A stretch of DNA of 64,000 nt from a virus. Taxonomy: Duplodnaviria > Heunggongvirae > Uroviricota > Caudoviricetes. Position numbers and translations under genes: made by a program. Where the stretch lies: IMG/VR virus record IMGVR_UViG_3300018065_000012; one strand, given 5' to 3'. The notes beneath the pieces were generated by a model. That model saw only the letters and a program-made list of their open reading frames with translations. It searched no databases and was not told where the DNA came from. Below are positions 63,941-64,000 of the stretch, in pieces. Positions within the stretch are counted from its first letter, which is position 1. Every line of letters begins with the position of its first letter.

Positions 63941-64000
63941 TGCTCAGCCGAAAAATTTGCTTAATCTGTTGGCACGAAGCGTTGCCACATATTGATAAAA
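63940..64000 (+). CDS. CPF-LEH family member, 5' partial (continues beyond window)
   Basis: MLSRKICLICWHE ...; ATG overlaps the upstream TGA. Confidence 0.35.
   Translation, partial: MLSRKICLICWHEALPHIDK

Noticed and set aside
1-64000. CRISPR arrays, integrase/recombinase, transposase, rRNA
   Set aside because: No direct-repeat/spacer periodicity, no tyrosine/serine recombinase or DDE motifs, and no rRNA-like sequence seen. The only dispersed repeats are the protein-coding family junctions and promoter motif described above.

Overview
All credible genes in this 64 kb window are on the + strand and tightly packed, with frequent stop/start overlaps (ATGA, TGATG), Shine-Dalgarno sites, TTG/GTG starts and no rRNA. 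I see no capsid, tail, polymerase or integrase genes. The organisation looks like an accessory region of a large phage, virus or plasmid-like element, but I cannot prove that from the sequence.

There are three blocks:
- **(1) 12-11964, glycan synthesis/modification island.** Several glycosyltransferases (GT4, GT2/GT-A, GT9), FkbM, class-I and TylF-like methyltransferases, a PIG-L deacetylase, a Maf/DUF115-like protein, and B12-binding and SPASM radical SAM enzymes.
- **(2) 15967-25900, GFVSN leader family.** Eleven tandem paralogs of a previously unrecognised protein family share the N-terminal leader M-K-x-R-x-G-F-V-S-N-S-S-S-S-S-F and have divergent bodies. A radical SAM enzyme and a small alarmone (HD) hydrolase sit among them.
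- **(3) 14642-64000, dense mostly 25.8-64 kb, CPF-LEH family.** About 45 tandem paralogs of a second novel family of small Cys-rich proteins have an N-terminal M-L-S/N-K-K-I-C-x-x-C and a C-terminal P-x-x-C-P-F/Y-x-L-E-H-L-M/V. Several are fused to other domains, including an XRE HTH. Adjacent copies are joined by a conserved junction in which one nucleotide stretch encodes the upstream C-terminus and, in another frame, the downstream N-terminus.

Known-function genes are scattered through block (3):
- **Vault-like protein:** an 852-aa major-vault-protein homolog.
- **Nucleotide metabolism:** dUTPase and NUDIX.
- **Peptidyl-tRNA hydrolase:** a PTH2-like gene whose third codon is an in-frame TAG.
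- **Suppressor tRNA:** an amber-suppressor tRNA(CUA) lies 1 kb upstream of that gene.
- **Second tRNA-like gene:** it carries a ~170-nt insertion.
- **Nucleic-acid enzymes:** SNase-like and NADAR proteins, a PD-(D/E)xK nuclease, a SLOG/DUF2493 protein and a BCS1-like AAA ATPase.
- **dTDP-rhamnose pathway:** RmlC and RmlA.

A promoter-like motif (CAG)TTGTATAAT recurs nine times in intergenic gaps, twice directly abutting the start codon (leaderless). All coordinates and function calls come from reading the sequence and ORF translations by eye. Without search tools the homology calls are motif-based inferences.
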